Below, in pieces: positions 26,390-39,406 of a stretch of 64,000 nucleotides of DNA. Origin of the DNA: Lama glama (taxonomy: Eukaryota); assembly GCA_028534125.1 (NCBI GenBank), contig CM052817.1:83144001-83208000 (forward strand), read 5' to 3'. The translations under genes were made by a program, and so were the position numbers. Position 1 is the first letter of the stretch; each line of letters begins with the position of its first letter. The notes beneath the pieces are model-generated. The model did no database searches and was not told where the DNA came from. It saw nothing but the letters and a program-made list of their open reading frames with translations.

Positions 26390-26830
26390 TTTAATTGGAA
26401 TACTTTTGGTTATAAGTAGGAAAAAAAAGAACTAGATTAAGAAAGGGGGAGAATGTTTATAAGGAATATGGAATGTCACATGGAACTTAAGGTCAAGAAT
26501 GTGACTAGACGCAGAAGCAGCTAGATCCAAGGACTCAAATGCTCTTAGGACTTCTCTTTTTCTCCTCCCTGCTTCATTATTCTGTTTCTTGGTGAAAACC
26601 AGGCTCTTTTCACCTATACATGGTGGGAAGGAAGGCTACCAACAGTTCCTGAGCATTATAATTTACCCACAATCCAAGCACCCAAGCAAGACTAGCCCAA
26701 ATCTCTTTCAGTTCTAAATTCAAAAATCCTGCAACAAAGACCCATCGGCCCTGCAGCATCAAGTCCTCCCTCAGGCAAAGCAGTAGAAGGCAGAGTCGCA
26801 CTATAACATGGCTGCCTTTTTACATATAAT
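26390..26830 (-). mobile_element. Old MLT1-type LTR remnant
   Basis: 'cttttggttataagtagg...aaggggggagaatgtttataaggaatatgg...caaggactcaaatg...ttcaaaaatcctg'. Confidence 0.55.
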
Positions 26831-27074
26831 TCTTGGAAGAGTTCGAGTTCTGAGCCCATAATCTCACAGGGATAGGTACACAGAAAAATGCTGCTTTAGC
26901 ACAGACCCTTCTTAGAGAGTCACAGAGCATATCAAGAAACTTAAAGCTGCAAAAATCCTAAAATAAGCTGTTGAATTTCATGTTCTCACCAAATTTTATA
27001 AAATTTTTAAAAGATTTATATACAAAGTATGCATAAAACATTTGAATATATATTCAAATATATGTATATTTGAA

Positions 27075-27075
27075 A

Positions 27076-27129
<54 letters not shown>
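27075..27129. repeat. Compound (TA)n(TG)n(TA)n microsatellite
   Basis: Direct reading. Confidence 0.95.
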
Positions 27130-27130
<1 letters not shown>

Positions 27131-27489
27131 CCACTTGAACATTCTTCCCTGGAAATCAATGTGTCACTTATTCCAACTGATTCTACTCCATCACAGTCAT
27201 TCTGTGGCTCATCAATATTTTCAAATAGCTGTGTGTCTTCACATTAACACTCTGGGTGCCCTGGAAACCCAATGAGAGATGAGTTAGCTTTTTAAATGTT
27301 TTGAAATCTGGACAAAATAAAGTACTCAGGATTTTTAGGTGGGGTCATATTGTGATAAATAACTAGTTCACAGAAGCAATAAGGTTAGAGATAGGTATGG
27401 TCTTTCTCTAAAGTTTGCTGAGAGAGGACATCCTCTTTCCATTGGGAATAGCACTAACCAACAAACCAGATCACAATAAAACATTGCCT

Positions 27490-27990
27490 CTTTCCAAAAT
27501 AACATATACTCTAACACAGTATGATAAATGAGACATGGCTGATACTTGACCGGTGCTGCACTAGTCTTGAAAGAAGAAAGGAGTAATCACTTCTGGTTCG
27601 GGCAGGAAGAAAAGCCTTAAAAGATGAGTAGGGTTTTATTAGGCAAATACTGAAGGTACTTCTATGGTGGAATGCTAAGATCAGAAAAAGACATGTAAAA
27701 GGTACAAAAGTGAAAAGCTCAGGACACATCCTGGCAATGGTAAATTATGTAAATAGGCTAAAAGCTACAGTATATGTCTGAAAATAACACGAAGTAAGGG
27801 GTAAAAAGACATTATATCTACATTTATGAGGTTCTAGAATGCTAATTAAAGAAATTTACACTTCATTCTTGTATGTTCTGTTTTGTTTTTTATTTTTGTC
27901 AAGGAGCTGCTTTGTTCAAGGTATTTTTTTCAAGAAAATTAATGCATCAGTGATGTGATGGAAAAAGCAGGATACACAGGAAAGAGAAGC
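27490..27990. mobile_element. L2 LINE remnant
   Basis: 'gccttaaaagatgagtagggtttta...gaatgctaattaaagaaatttacacttcattct...gggagaagc'-like purine-rich L2 motifs, diverged. Confidence 0.55.
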
Positions 27991-28010
27991 AGTTAGTCTC
28001 TATTCCTTGA

Positions 28011-28475
28011 TGTGGCAGATTATACTTTCCAAAGATGGTTATATCAGTATCTCATATCCCCCATGATCTTCTTACAATGGGAAATTGACATTACACCCCT
28101 TTCCTTTGGAGCACAGTGGACGTTAGTGACTTTCTTGATCACTACAGTATAGCAGAATTGATAGTATATGACTTCTAAAACTAGACCATAAAATGCCAAG
28201 TACTTCTGCCTCATTCTCTTGGGCTGGTATCTCTTGAAATCCACTTTCTGTGCTGTGAAACCCAAACCAGAGCAATATGAGAGATCATAAGAAGAGCCAC
28301 AGTGTAGGTGTTACAGCTGACAGTCCAAATAAGGTCTCAGCCTATAACCAGCAACAACATCCAGACACGAGAGTTGATGCCTCCAGATGTCCCAAAGCTC
28401 AGCCACAGAATAATTCCTAGTCTTCAAATCTTCCCAGCTGAGACCTCAAACATAGTGAAATAGAAACAAATTAAA
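28011..28475 (+). mobile_element. MaLR LTR (MLT1G/H-like), 3' end missing
   Basis: Starts 'tgtggcagattatactttccaaagatgg'; continues 'ttagtgactttcttga...atgacttctaaaactagaccataaaa...tcttcccagctgagacctcaaacatagtg'. Confidence 0.75.
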
Positions 28476-28479
28476 TCTT

Positions 28480-29700
28480 TGGTACAACTGCCTTGGACTA
28501 GGCAGTTCCCCAGAGCTAAGTGAAATTCTCGATAAGGGGCAGAGCTGCAAACCATCAGCTTGGGAATCTGCGAGGAGAACTTCACAATCCACTGCAGTCT
28601 ACTCGTTGCACCGTTCAGATTGCCTCCTTCTCAAAGTAAGTTCATCCCATCTGGAAAGAGTTTCCACCCTGTTTTGATTGGTCTTATTTTCTGGGAAAAC
28701 TTACAAGCGAAGTGTTAACGGAATGAACTACAGCCCCCACTGTTGCAGCTCTTGAGGCTATTAACTGTTAATCAGCATTCCCCTTTCCACTGCCCTTATA
28801 GATTCCCCTCATCCTTGGCTAGTAACTCTAATTCATGCTAATTCTAATGACAAGCAGACAATCCTCTGCTTTCCAAAGAGTGAACACATGGAACAAAATT
28901 CTCTCCCCTTGTCTTTAAAATTCAGAAAGAAATCACCTTTTTCCCCTGGCCATTTCCACTGAGATACTAAGAGATGTACTAGGCAGACTGCCTGATAGAA
29001 TGACCCAGACCTTCATCTCTGTGAGTCCAGATCCCTAGTTACTGTGCTCTTCTCAGGCTATGGCTGAAGGTATAGAAACACTGAGAGATGTCCAAACGAA
29101 TCGCCTAAATAGCAAACATACTATTCTCTGTCCACGTTGTCTAGCAGCAGCCCTACCTCTTCTGGATGATCAGGGTCATTTACCTCTGCCAGTGTGATGA
29201 CTCCATTCTTTCTTATTGCTTCCTTGCCACAAGAAGCCTAAAGTGATCAAGGGGTTTACCAAGCATTGTGCTTCTTTCTTAGGAATAGAGATGATGAAAA
29301 CAATCCATCTTTTACTTTGGAGGTGATGTCACACAGCATGCTCTAGCCTATTAAAATCCAAAAAGCCTTAACTAATACTGTGGGTAATTGAATCATCATA
29401 GGGTTCATCTCCTTCCTTCTGCCTACCAAGCCTTCAAATGTACTAGCCTTTTCCCAGTAGCTCATTTTGTATAATTACCATGATACAATCAGTATAGTAC
29501 AAATAAGAAATAATAAGATAATCTATGGAATGTCCAAGCAGTCCAGCTCCTCTGGACTATATGATGACAAAGGGCAGGAGTGGTAAGATCACTGTTAACT
29601 CTCTTCATGGGAAAAGATTAGAAAAGTATGCTGTTGTCTGTGAATGCAGCAGGCTCTGATTTTCCTTCTCAAAGGTTTATGATCCTGGGAAAGTTTTTGT
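28480..29700 (-). mobile_element. ERVL-class LTR end (LTR33-like, ~28480-28597) plus ERVL internal remnant
   Basis: 'ggcagttccccagag...gagctgcaaaccatcagc', then internal-like 'tgaactacagcccccactgttgcagct', 'tgacccagaccttcatctctg', 'gatgatcagggtcatttacctctgccag', 'cagtatagtac...tctatggaatgtccaag'. Confidence 0.65.
28821..28968 (+). repeat. Copy 1 of a ~150-bp local direct duplication (copy 2 at 31181-31338)
   Basis: 37-bp identical core ATCCTCTGCTTTCCAAAGAGTGAACACATGGAACAAA at 28861-28897 and 31221-31257, with alignable flanks. Confidence 0.95.
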
Positions 29701-31180
29701 GCTTCACTTTGTGTTTTATAAAGTAAAGAGTAAACATGTACTTATTTCCCAAGTTGCTATAAGGATTAAAAAAGTTAACACATACAAAATATCTGATATC
29801 TGATATCACTTCTGATACAGAGCATTCAATATTAAGTTTGAAAATTAGCTAAGATCAGATACTGTCAATGTTCTTCATTGCCTTCTACTCATAAACATCT
29901 TGCTTCTTTATTTGCAGAAAAATTAAAGAGGTGATCTCAGCCTAAAGAGAGGTGTTCCTGCTCTTTGTTTACTCTATTTTTTTTATTACTCTATTTAAAC
30001 TAATCAAAATAAAGAGCTCTGAACAAAGGGAGATATGACTCTTAACAGTCAAAAAATACTGAGAACATATGTGACCATTCATAATCCATTCTTTCCATCC
30101 ACCAGTCACCTTAACTCTTAGATCTTTTGAAGAAACACTTTTCAACAGCACTAATCTTTATTCACATATTTCATATTCAGAGTCTATTGAGAGTTTCATT
30201 GCTCAGTAAGCAGTTAGACAATCTGCTTCAATCCTGAAATGACTGGATTAAAGAATTTACAATAATCCTCCAACATTTATTTACTAAATACCTTTGACAA
30301 GCCAAGTTTCTACTTGCTACACAGACCATAGAAATTAAGCGACCGGCTTCCATACAAGTGCAGAGCACTGTCTTCCTCAGCTACTAACACTGCTAAAGTG
30401 GAGTCATCTGTTCTAAATCCTCTGTAAGAATATAGGGGGGAAAAATCACTAAAATTTGTCCAATACTTGTTTGAAAAAGAATGCTGTTTAAATGGAAAGT
30501 GGAACTATGTGTGTTTGGTTAAGTCCCAACTCCACCAGTTAGGCATGAGATCTTGGGAAAACTAACCATTACCATATTCAGTTTCCTCTAATGTAAAATG
30601 AGAGCACTAGTAGGGTTGCTTTGATTTAGTGAAATAATTCCTGTAAACCTACAAATAGCTTATCTATAGTAACTATAATCATACATGTAGCTATAATTAT
30701 GACAGTATATACTATTAAAGTTACTGCTTATTGTCATTTCTACAGTTTTAAACTACCTGGATTTTGGGTCTTTAAATGACTGATTTGTTAAAGATCTGTT
30801 CTCCTTACTATGTTACAGAATTTAACATAAGGAAGAAAACTTGATTTTAAAATCCTACTTTATAAATGGATACAACATATTTAATGTCTTATTTAAAAAC
30901 AAAACAGTAAGTCACTTCAATTTACACAAAAAACCCATCCACTCTGCTTATTAAAGTTTTTTTTCTCCCTGTGTTTCTCAGCACAGAAAGTACCACAACT
31001 GAACTGCACATTGGCAGGGGTGAAAAAAAGTCCCTCTCATTCTTACAGGCTTTGCTGTTTCATCCCTGTTTACATTTTTCAAATGCTAGGTCTATAGCTC
31101 CTCTGGAATATTTACCCAACTTTCTTGGGACTGAGTTTGGCCCACCCTGTCTTTATATCATAGGTTCCTGATGGGAAGTA

Positions 31181-31338
31181 AGCAACACTAATTCATGTTA
31201 ATATTAATGACAAACAGACCATCCTCTGCTTTCCAAAGAGTGAACACATGGAACAAACATTCTCTCCTCCTGCCTCTAAAACTCAGAATGAAATCTCATT
31301 TCTCCTCCATATTCCCCTGGCCATTCGACAGAGATGCT
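31181..31338 (+). repeat. Copy 2 (probable donor) of the ~150-bp local duplication
   Basis: Aligns with 28821-28968 at an offset of 2360 bp. Confidence 0.95.
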
Positions 31339-32169
31339 GTTAGGTGAACTGAACACATTTGTGGAAAGTCTAAAACTGAGAAGCAATGTTTCAACTTCCT
31401 TTGTAGAGTTCTTGATCTCAGAAGTCTTATCTAAAGCTGATACATACCTAGAAAAAAGTTATCATATTTTAGAAAGAAAGGAAAGAAAAGAGAAAAAGAA
31501 AAGAAAGCTCTTTAATCTCTTGCCTAGTTCTAATGAAACCTAGCCAAGAAAATACTTCAGTCAGTAAAAATTAGTATGTGAAGGTAGTATACAGAAAAAT
31601 AACCTTGTTTCCAATTATACTTTTCAAGGTCTGACCAACAATTAGTGGAAAAGTCAGAACTGCTTTATAGGACCTTCTAACTAAAAAGTAAGTTGATTTT
31701 TTCCTAAATAGATCTGGAAATTTTTTGGAAATAAAAAACATTGCTGACTGAGGAAGTTTTATTAAAACCTTTGAAGAATTTTTCAACTATAGAAATACTG
31801 TGTTCAAGAATAAAGTTTTAATGGATCTATTAAAAATAATAAAACCAAAGTAAAACATGGATGTAATACATACAGGATAAAGTTGCACCCTGTAGCATAA
31901 CAAGGAACTATTCACTTCAGTACTCCATAAGTATCCTTTAAGTTTTTTTGAGGGATCTCCTAGTACCAGACTTGTACTTTGTACTTGAACACTGTGATTA
32001 CTTCATAAATGCAGGTCCACTATAACAAAATAAGTGCATAAATATGCATGAAGTTTGGATCATTCTAGGACCAACTCATATTTGAGTAATATTTCAGTGT
32101 CTATCTAATGACAGATACATTATTAAGAATTTTCACATAAATTATCTCATTTAACCTAGTGAGTTCACA

Positions 32170-32420
32170 GAGGGTTTGTGTTTAAGAGCATGGTCTCTAG
32201 AACCAGGCTGACTAATCTTATAATCTCAGGCCTATTACTTACAAGTGTGACCTTGAACACACAAGCTACTTAACACTTCACTGTGCCTTAATTTTCTAAT
32301 CGAAAAAATGGGGATAATAATTTTAACAATGTTATACGGTGGTGCAGATATTAAATGAAATGTATACATGTAAATTATCAGAACAGTGTTCAGAAAATAT
32401 TAGCTCTTTTTAGTTGTAGA
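32170..32420. mobile_element. MIR SINE
   Basis: 'ttaagagcatggtctctagaaccaggct...gtgtgaccttga...cttaacacttcactgtgccttaattttctaatc...aaaatgggataataa'. Confidence 0.8.
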
Positions 32421-33599
32421 ATATTATTTTTGGCCTATTAAATAAGGAAATCAAAGCTCAGTCACTTGACTTGTCAAAATTCTCTCAGGTACCTATGAAG
32501 GAATAAGCAATTTTACATTGTGTCATTCAGAAGATGGTTGCAAACTGATCTAATTTGGTAATGCACAATTACTGGGTTACTTGGGAGAAGATATTCATAG
32601 CTTTTATTCGTAGCTTTTATAGATCTCACCTGCAGCCTTGATGTGTGTATAATAATGCAATAAATGAACACTGCAGACTAAACCCTGCCAAACCTACAAA
32701 CGTTTAACAGTAGGACAGTAGTAACAAAAACACTAATGCAACTAGTTCTGTAGGCTGGATGAAGTACCAGCTCCCTATTGCTTCAGGTATTCAACAGCAT
32801 CCTGCAGAGAAGGTTAATGCAAGGCAGAAAAAGCCATGTCCTGGAGGCAGGATCCAGCCATCCCAGCAGGAGTCAGGCAAAAAACAAAACAAAAACAAAT
32901 AAACAAAAAACTCAGACAAGTGTACTCACACCAGATGGGTTTGGGACCCTACACTGAGGGACCATTCTCAGGGATGCAGGCTATCACGTTTGCCATATTT
33001 CAAACTCCTGTCCATGCAGGAGCCCCAGCTCAAAATACCTAGCCAATTACAGATTATCTTGAACATAACTAATTTTACCAATGACAAAACATTTCTATAT
33101 CTAACACACTAATTAGCATGCCATCTGGTGTTGTTCTGAGATGAAGAGAGCTGAAAGCTTGGATTAGACATCCCCAAAGTGTGGGAATGTGATTAGAGCC
33201 TTTCACAAAACTAGCCAAACCTTCCCCCTACCCAGCATATGTATTCCTTATTTGGTTATTTTTAATTTTAACTAACCATATCCAGCCCCCACTATACAGA
33301 TTAAAACTGAGCACACACATACACACAGCACTGGTTATGCTGAAGTGTTTTAAGTTACAGACAATGCAAAGTATTATTCTTTAATTCTCTAGAAATTTAT
33401 TCTTCTAAACTGACATCTGAAGGGTTTACCAGCCTGTTTCATTTGATATATCCACTATTAGACAGAGCTTCTAATTCTTGACTCCTATTTAGGCAACATC
33501 CCTGTAACTGATACTAGTTTCAGTCAACATTCAAAAAAAAAAAAAAAAGATTCTATCAGATATCAGTATCAGATATTACCAAAAGGTACAGTCTTCTCT

Positions 33600-34560
33600 T
33601 ACTTCTCTGCTCCTAATGCCAGTGTATTCACTATTTAACTCATTGAGACCTACTGACTGGATTCTCCATTCAAATGTCCCACTGGCAACTCATATTCAAT
33701 GTGGCCAAGACTGAACCCAACATCTTTCTTCCCCTGTGCTCCTCTACCACTCTAAATCCAGTGTCTTCCCTTCTATTCCCAGTTTCTGAAATTGGAATCA
33801 CCATTCTCTAATCACCCAAAGAGAAACTGTAGTAGTTATTCTAAGTACAATATATTTTCCCTATTCCTCCCACAGAATTAGTAAACAATTCCTCTTAATT
33901 TTACCTGCTAAATGCTTTTTTGGTTCTGCCTTCTTTTATTCTTAATGTCATTAGCTTAGTTTTAAGCTTTCCTCACTTCTTAGCTGGATTACTGCAATAT
34001 ACTATAAGTATTCCTGCTTCTACAATTGTCTTCCCTCTCTAGTCCTTTTTATTACAACATCAGAGTTACCTAAAATGCAAATTAAATGAAATCATACCCC
34101 AGATTATAATGATTTAATTGATACTGTAGCTGAAAACTCCAAATTTTTTAAGGTGTGTATGAAGTATTTCATAAACTGACCACCTAACCCTTCAATCACA
34201 TCTCTCAACCAGTACACTGATATCCTTAAGGAAAGTAAAATATACTGTATTCTCTACACCCTACTCATATGCTATTATAATATAGAATATCCACTCCTGA
34301 CTCTCATCCTGTTAATTCTGTTCTGATTTCACCATTTAGCTCAGATTTCACCTTGGGGAAGTTTTATCTTACATTCCAAGTGAATTTATAGAACCTACCA
34401 AAAATGAACACACATTTCAGATCTCACTGAATTATGGTTTATTTGTCTACCTTCCCCGTTAGACTCCTTAAGGAATGGCACTGATTCCCCAGGGACTTCA
34501 CACAGTGCTTAAAATGAAGAGTACATTAAATAGTTGCATGATAAGTGACTGACAAATAAT
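33600..34560 (+). mobile_element. L2 LINE 3' region
   Basis: 'atgtcccactggcaactcatattcaatgtggccaagactgaac', 'ctggattactgcaata', ending 'cacagtgcttaaaatgaagagtacattaaatagttgcatgataagtgactga'. Confidence 0.75.
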
Positions 34561-34999
34561 CAGGGCGATAAAGAATATTCGTGGGTTCTTTGCTGCTCAG
34601 CATCCTGCAGATAGACCCACAATGAGGTCTGATTAGTCCTTTTATTTAATACATGTCCTTTAAGGATTTGACTACATAAAAGTTACATGTACAATAACTT
34701 TGCCCCTAGTGATTATTTAACATCATCTACATTCTGTAATTGATTGCTTTAAAGTATGATTGATGAACTGACTCACTCAGCTAACCTACAAATAAAATAA
34801 ACAAGTAACTTTATGAAAATATTCTTATTGAATTCCTATCTCAAATAAAGATCTCTACATTAGATGACTGGGGACAAATCTGCTAATTTCTGATAAAGTC
34901 ATTAATGTCAAAACTTATTAGTTACTGCTGAGCTAAATTGTAGTAACAGCTATCATTCTTTGAATGCTTACTCAGTTTTATGCAAGGTGTATTACACAC

Positions 35000-35190
35000 C
35001 AGTTGTTTTGAACCAGAGGGCAATCTAGCAATGCCTAGAGACAATTTTGGCTGTCACAACTGTGGGAGAAGTGCTACTGGTATCTAGTGTGTAGAAGCCA
35101 TGAATGTTGCTGAACATCCTACAATGCATAGGGCAGCTCCCACAACAAAGAATTATTTGGCCCCAAATGTCCACAGTACCGAGGTGTTGA
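35000..35190. mobile_element. MER20 hAT-Charlie DNA transposon nested in a MIR (~34945-35385)
   Basis: 'cagttgttttgaaccagagggcaat...tttggctgtcacaactg...tgctactggtatctagtgtgtagaagccatgaatgttgctgaacatcctacaatgcatagggcagctcccacaacaaagaattatttggccccaaatgtc'. Confidence 0.9.
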
Positions 35191-37979
35191 GGTTAGCAAT
35201 ACTATTTAACCCACAGCAGCCTTGTACAATAAGACAGTATTAATCCCATGTTACAAATAAGAAAATAAGACCTTGAAAACTAAGTATTCAAGGTACTTAG
35301 TTAATAAGTGGTGGGAACAGAATTTAAGCCCGTATCTGTGGAATGCTGAACTTATGCTCTCTCCAATATAGTATATAGCCTCCACCCAAAATATCTAATA
35401 ACTATCATTTTTAGATATAAAGATAACTGTGTTGCATGTGATTATATGATGTATTGTACAATCATTTCTTCCAAAATAAAATACACAAAAGTTTAAAGTA
35501 ATTGCAGATCAATTCTTTACAGGTAACGATCAGAGATATGTGGACTTGCTATATATTTTTAAAAATTTAGATTAGAAATGATATTGTTCTATGTTTCTGG
35601 TTATTTTGCTTCTTCCTCAATGACTTAAGTCTGCAATAAAGTTGTTAATCTTAAAAACCTGAGATTATTTAAATCTATATACACGCACAAGCATTGTATC
35701 TAATTCTCAAAACAACCCTTTAAGGTAGGTGTTATTTTCCCCATATTGCAGATGAAAAAACATATTTTGTTCCAGTGAGCTCAATTAGTCTATGGAAAAG
35801 ACTGGGGAACAACATACTGAAACTGCTTGCATTGGTTTTAAGTTATCACTAATTGCCCAAAGAACTTTCTAAAAAACTCAAATAAGCCAGATCTGTTTTT
35901 TTAAAATGAGAATCTATTCATTCTTTGATAGTCATGCCAACTTTCTCCATACAAATATTTTTTTTAGCATGACCAGTTATAAGCTTCCTTTTTATACTTT
36001 TCCTCCACTAAATCTGAGAAATTGTTCAACAGAAAACCATGGGACCAGCCCATGGTTTTTACAATGCTCCCTAGGAACGAGAAGAATTTTTATAATTATG
36101 GCTAATAGTACTGTTGCTGCAATCAGTAGTGGTTTAAGTCCCAGTATAGAGAATTTTTTTAACATACTTTCCTGTTCATTCCTAATCATTTTTCCATTAA
36201 AAGAAATGATAAATTAACCTCTTGTTTAATAAACACAATATACATGGAACTTCCTGGAATACATGTACTCACTATAAGCTGAGAAAAAAGAAGAGATTAA
36301 AAACACTGTGTTTCTGTGTTTAGATTTTTTTGCTCTTAGAAAAAACTCACAATTCAGCTCTAATTAGTCACACACTTAAAACAGTAAATAGAATCACTTG
36401 CACATTTACACATACCATGGTGTGCATCATCTCTAAGTTACCTGAAACAGCACATGTTTAATTCACCCATAAAGATTATCATACACATATATAAACATAT
36501 ATAGTATGCATTGTTGCTGTTCATAGAGAATGTATATGGGTGTTTTGAAAAATTGAAGAAAGAAAAAGAAGACACAAATCAACCAAGAACTTTTGTGTCT
36601 GCTTTCAAACTAGAAAGGAGAAATTTACCTTCTATCACACAGTGCTGAAAAATCCAAAGGAAAAAACTTAAACCAACAATAGGAAAGTTAATAGAAAAGA
36701 ACAAATAATAATATCCTAAAATGTTGCTCTTTTAACACTAAGAATTCTTTAAAAACACACAGTTTGAGAGCTGGGTTCTCCATGGTCCATTTATACCTCT
36801 CCTGTGCCATCTAGTGTTTTTAGGTGATTACTATGAATCAAGAGTCTAGAATAATCTACCACTTTAGCTGACCATTCAGCTTGTCTGAATGGTCAGCCTC
36901 AGGCAAGCAAACAACTAACTCAAACTTGGGCTGCAAAAGGGTGGTTTTATTGGGTTATGAAAAAATTGCAAATGAACAGGATGTTAATAGCAAGGGAGAA
37001 AGCTTTAAAGTTAAGTTCAGGAACTATGGCTAACAGACATTGAGAAAATAATGCATAATGGAGCTATTGAATCTCATTAGATTCCATACACAGTATAATA
37101 GAAGTAGAATTTTGATCTGAGGCTGCACATCTGGATGGGAGAAACCATAGGAAAAGGGTAGAGTGAAACAGAACCATCTTTCCTTATTCACAAACATTTC
37201 TGCCTCTCTTGTGGTCTGGCTACTGTACCAGGTTCAGTTACAACACCTACTATTAGAAGTGGCTGCTACAGCTACTTCATCCTTTCAAAGCAAAGTTTTA
37301 CTTTACTACTTTTGTCCAAACATTCCACTGAAAGCACAGGCTCGCTGCATGGTGCTAGGTAGAGATCTTTTCTTACAAGATCTTGGATTTTAATTCTCTA
37401 TGGGATACTGTTCCATCAGGCATAAATTGCTTAATGGATCAATATATAGAGGACTATTTTGCAATTTGTGCCTGAAATTCCTGATTTGAGAAATAACTCA
37501 AATAACTGCATCCAACTCAGATAATAACTCACTATTTACATGGGAATTAAAAAGGCTATATAAATAAAACCTAATTAATTGATCCCATCTTGAATAAGTT
37601 TAGGATTATACCCAAAAATAAGCCCTGGTCTGTATGTCCTGGTCTAATTAAAACATATTTAACCAAAATCAATTAACTGTTCCCCCAAAAGGTGACTACA
37701 TGCCGTTTCTCATGTGAATTTCACTTCAAGTGCTTTTTGAATTTTATAAGAATCTTTATTGTAGGAAAAGTGTGGGAAAGCTGCACATGTCTAATTTTGT
37801 TCCCTGGCATTCTGAGACAGTCAAGAGTTAAGAGTCACTGAAAACCATAAGGGGGAAGAAAGTTAGGTATCACAAACCAGCCCTGCAGTCTGTGGAATAA
37901 ACTGGGCTTGATGGTGATTTTTAAACTCTTGCCAAGCATAGATGGTCAATCACTGCACTGATGGATTATCAGTCTTATA

Positions 37980-38200
37980 ACAGCTATCATTTGTAGAGCT
38001 TTAAAATATGTCAAGTTCTACATTCAGCTCTTTCTTTACATTGTCTCAACCAATCCTCACAATCACCAAGTTAGGAAACTGAGGCTTCATTTGATAATTC
38101 ATATAAGTTGCCCAAGGTTACAACAGTTCATGAATGGCAGAGCCGGATTCATTACTCAATCATCTGACAAAAAGATTCATGCCATAAACCACTCCCTCCG
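37980..38200. mobile_element. MIR SINE
   Basis: 'aatcctcacaa...ggaaactgaggct...ttgcccaaggttacaacag...tggcagagccggattc'. Confidence 0.8.
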
Positions 38201-39046
38201 CAGTGATGGAGACTGAGAGTCTGTCAGAAAGTCAGAACCCCTGGTTTGCATTCCTTAGGCTGGTGACTCCCCAATCTTACCAAAACTATGTCCATAAAAG
38301 AAAAATTCTAGAATTGTGTCAGAATCTAAGACCATTCTTCTGAGATGCAATGGAACATCTCCCTTTGGATCAGTCCAGTGTGCTTTCTAGTCTGCCATTG
38401 CTTGAGATCACTTTTTGTCAATACCTATGTGATAACAAGCAAAACTGTTAGCATTCCAACTCAAACTCAGTTCTCCTTCTCAGCAGCACAAACCCTCCCT
38501 GCTATCCAGTGAAGTCCAAAGGCAGTATAAGCAGACTCATTAATTGAGGCTACCCAGGAACTCAGTCCAAGGCACTAAATACATCCTGCTAGGATAAATT
38601 ATAAGCAAATCCCATCTTGATAGATTGATCCAGGTTTAAAGTATTTTTTCACGTTTCACTTGTCTTCACCATTGTGTTAGTTCAACAGCACTCAAGGCCA
38701 ATGCTTGGAATTGTTCTTCTACCTTTCACTCTAAACCCTGAGCGATGTACTCAATTAAAACACATTTTTTCATCTCTGGAGGAACAGGGTCTTTATCTGG
38801 CTAGATCCCTAATCTGTCCACACTGGATTCTGATGAAGATTATTCTTCAAACAGATGTGAATGTCCAATAAAATTCTACCCTTAGACATTCTGTTTTCTT
38901 TCTTTGTTGTTCTCTTCCCTTTTGTGATTCTTACCTGCCCCTCTTTTCCCCTGCATTTCTTAGCATGCACACCCCAGCTGGAAGATCATTCTTCCTTGAA
39001 GAACTGGACACTATATGCCTTTACCACATTCCTCTTTCAGAGATGC

Positions 39047-39406
39047 TGCTATGAGTTGAATTGTGTGTCCCATAAAATTCACATGTTGAAGCCCTAACCA
39101 ATGTGATGGTATCTGGAGATGAGACCTTTGGGAGATAATCTGCTTTAGATGAGGTCATGAGGTTGGAGACATCATGCTGGGATTTGTGCCCTTATAAGAA
39201 GAACACCAGAGAGCTTGCCATGCGAGGACACACAGAGAAGGCTGTGTGCAAACCAGGAACAGAATCCACATCAGAACTCCCAGGCTGGCACTCTGACCTT
39301 GAACTTCCAACTTTCAGAACTGTGAGAAAATACATTTCTGTTGTACAAGCCACCTTTACTTATTTACTACAGTATTTTGTTATGGCAGCCCCAGCAGACT
39401 AATACA
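39047..39406 (+). mobile_element. MaLR solo LTR (MLT1A-like) with perfect 5-bp TSD
   Basis: TG...CA termini (tgctatgagttgaattgtg...cagactaataca); GATGC duplicated at 39042-39046 and 39407-39411. Confidence 0.93.
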
